From the human T2T-CHM13v2.0 reference genome, Homo sapiens: a stretch of 64,000 bases of DNA. The stretch is from the NCBI RefSeq assembly GCF_009914755.1, contig NC_060943.1; one strand, written 5' to 3'. The notes below the pieces were generated by a model that worked only from the letters and a program-made list of their open reading frames with translations, made no database searches and was not told the origin of the DNA. Position 1 is the first letter of the stretch, and each line of letters starts with the position of its first letter. Shown here in pieces: positions 61,890-64,000 of the stretch. Position numbers and translations under genes: made by a program.

Positions 61890-62680
61890 CCCATGGACTG
61901 AGCCCCAGCTCCAGGATGAGTCCCCCACCCTGACTGAGCCCTGATCCCACTGAATCCTGCCCTAGGCAGAAATCTAACACTGACTGATCCCTGATCCCAG
62001 GCTGAGTCCCCAACTCTGACTGAGCCCCAACCTCACTGAACCCTGACCCCAGACTGTGCCTAAATTCCAGCTGAGTCCTGATCCTAGGTAGAAGCCCACT
62101 TTGACTGAGCCCTGATCCCATGCTGAATTCCCAGTCCCGACTGAGCCCCAATCCCACTGAACCCTGAACCCAGACTGATCCTGAATTCCAGCTGAGCGCT
62201 GACCCTAGGTGGAAACCCACCTCTGAGACCTGATCCTAGACTGATTCCTGATCTCAGACTGAACCTCAATCCCAGGCTGACCCCCGATCCCAGACTTGGC
62301 ACCAACTCCAGACTAAACTCTGACCTCAGGCTAAGTACCAACTCTGAGTCCCAATCCTGATTATGCCTCAGTCCCAGCTAAGCCATGATCTAAGGCTGAG
62401 CCCCAACTCTGATTTCCAATATGGACTAAATCTTAATCCCAGACTGAACCTCAATCCCAGCTAAGCCACAATCCAAGGCTGAGCCCAACATTGATCCCCA
62501 ATATTGACTGAACCTCAGTTCCAGCTGATCTCCAATCCTAGGCTGGGCCCCAAGTCTGATTCCCAGTATTGACTAAGCCTCAATCCTAGCTGAGACCCAT
62601 CTCTGACTGAGCCCTGATCCCTCACTTCACACCAACTCCAAACTGAGCCTTAAGCCCTGCTGAACTACAACCCCTGACCC
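61890..62680 (+). repeat. Degenerate intronic minisatellite of 18-20-bp subunits (ctgactgagccctgatccca)
   Basis: Direct reading; a ~120-bp higher-order match at 62036 and 62157. Confidence 0.8.
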
Positions 62681-62716
62681 TGCCTGCCTGCCTGCCTGCT
62701 GGCTGGGCAGTCGCAC

Positions 62717-62814
62717 CTTGTAGGGTGTGGGTGAGTTGTAGTTGTCAGGGAACTCCCAGCTGAGCAGAACTGATGTCTTCATGATCATTTTCACCTTGAA
62801 GTTCTTGGGCGAGA
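62717..62814 (-). CDS. PTPRS: PTPRS exon (98 nt), VSPKNFKVK...PTPYK
   Basis: cag|TCTCG...CAAG|gtgcg. Confidence 0.97.
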
Positions 62815-63282
62815 CTGCCGGGGAGGCGGCCGAGCAGGGAGAGAGCAGAAGAGAGGCCCCATGAGTGCCTGGCACTGGGTGGCGTGAAGCGGGGTGGGGT
62901 GGGGCGGCCCAGGCGCTCCCTGTCGTCCGCTGTGCCCATGCCCACGGCCTTCCTGCCTGGCCCTGGCCCGGCCCTGCCCTGTCCTGTCCCAAGTCCCTGC
63001 TTCGGGAGACGGCACGGGTGCAGAGGCTGCAGAAAGAAGGTGGAGGAGGAGGAAGAGGGGGGAGGGGAGCAAGGGGAGGGGGCAGTGGTGGGGGGCGGTG
63101 GTGCCACCGAGGCACGTCCCACCTTTGCCAACGCCGGAGCCTCGGGGTCCGGACTTGCCTTGAGTGACCACGAGGAAGCAGAAAAGTGAGCACTTACCTG
63201 GGCAGGGGAGAGGGAGGGGGCTGGGGTGGGGGTGGGCGCAAGGCCCGGTCCGGCTCTGGTGCAGGGGTCGCCGCGCGCCTAC

Positions 63283-63891
63283 CTTGGTCCCGCAGGAACG
63301 TCCGGTAGCGGACGGGGGGGCTGAAGGGGCCAGGGCCCCGGCGCGTGTGGGCTCGCACTTGGAGGTCATAGGCCGTGTCGGGCTTCAGGCCCTGCAGCGT
63401 GAGCGCGTTCTCCGCGCCCGGCTCAGCCGCTGCCGGCAGCTCAGTCTCTCGGGCAGGGCCCAGGGCACCGGCCTCCCGCACGGCCACCGTGTATTTGACG
63501 ATGGCCCCGTTGCGCTCGGCGGGCACGGGTGGCAGCCAGCGGAGAAGGACGGTCCCGGCCGAGGCGTTGCCGGCCGCCTCCAGAATCTGCGGGTGGCCAC
63601 GGGGCGTGTCCTCCGGGATGCTCAGGACCTCGGCTGCCTCCTCGCCCAGGCCGCCGCGGCTCCGGGCCGCAAGCCGGAACACATACGTGGCCCCCTTGTG
63701 CACGCCTGATGCCGTGTAGCGGTCCTCGGAGGGCGGGAACTCCAGGGTGGCCAGGGGCGTCGAGTCCTCACGGCCAAACTGCAGGCGGTAGCCCAGCACC
63801 TGGTCCTCCGCGGTGCCAGCCGGGGGCTCCCAGCGTGCCAGCAGGCTGCCCTCGGGGGTCTGCTGCACCGACAGGGTTGGGCGGCCCAGCA
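63283..63891 (-). CDS. PTPRS: PTPRS FN3 exon (609 nt), CpG-rich
   Basis: cgcag|TGCTGGGC...GACCAAG|gtagg; VLGRPTLSVQQTPEG...RTFLRDQ. Confidence 0.97.
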
Positions 63892-64000
63892 CTGCGGGGA
63901 TACGGGGCAGGTGTCAGGGTCCCAGCGCCATCCGCCAGCCCAGAGGCACAAGGTGGGGTTGTATTTTTAATTCTTTTCCTTCAATATAACATTTTTTTGA

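Overview
Human (or very close primate) genomic DNA. The right third (about 46.1-64 kb, minus strand) holds the 3' half of PTPRS (receptor tyrosine phosphatase sigma). I traced 19 coding exons with GT-AG boundaries and a continuous frame: FN3 repeats, furin site, TM helix, 12-nt and 48-nt juxtamembrane mini-exons, catalytic D1, pseudo-phosphatase D2 and the ...FDHYAT* stop, followed by a ~1.27-kb 3'UTR. The left 6.4 kb is a defective class I HERV9-family provirus on the minus strand (short LTR12-type 5' LTR, gag, pro, RT, RNase H, env TM start) that runs off the window edge. It carries a tRNA-Pro-type PBS and, where integrase should be, a collapsed second pol that looks like a different (HERV-I-like) lineage. 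The ~40 kb between is intergenic and very Alu-rich, with old L1M/L2/MIR, MaLR, MER41A, MER58 and MADE1 relics and a few unique islands that look like enhancers. Best leads: (1) a CAG|GTAAGT recursive-splice-like site with in-frame 75/36-nt cryptic exon options in a PTPRS FN3 intron; (2) a local ~141-bp repeat family spread across four PTPRS introns, three times attached to MER20; (3) the mosaic, Pro-primed HERV9. Most ORFs in the supplied track are Alu or low-complexity artefacts. Repeat family names come from recalled consensus motifs, not from a search.
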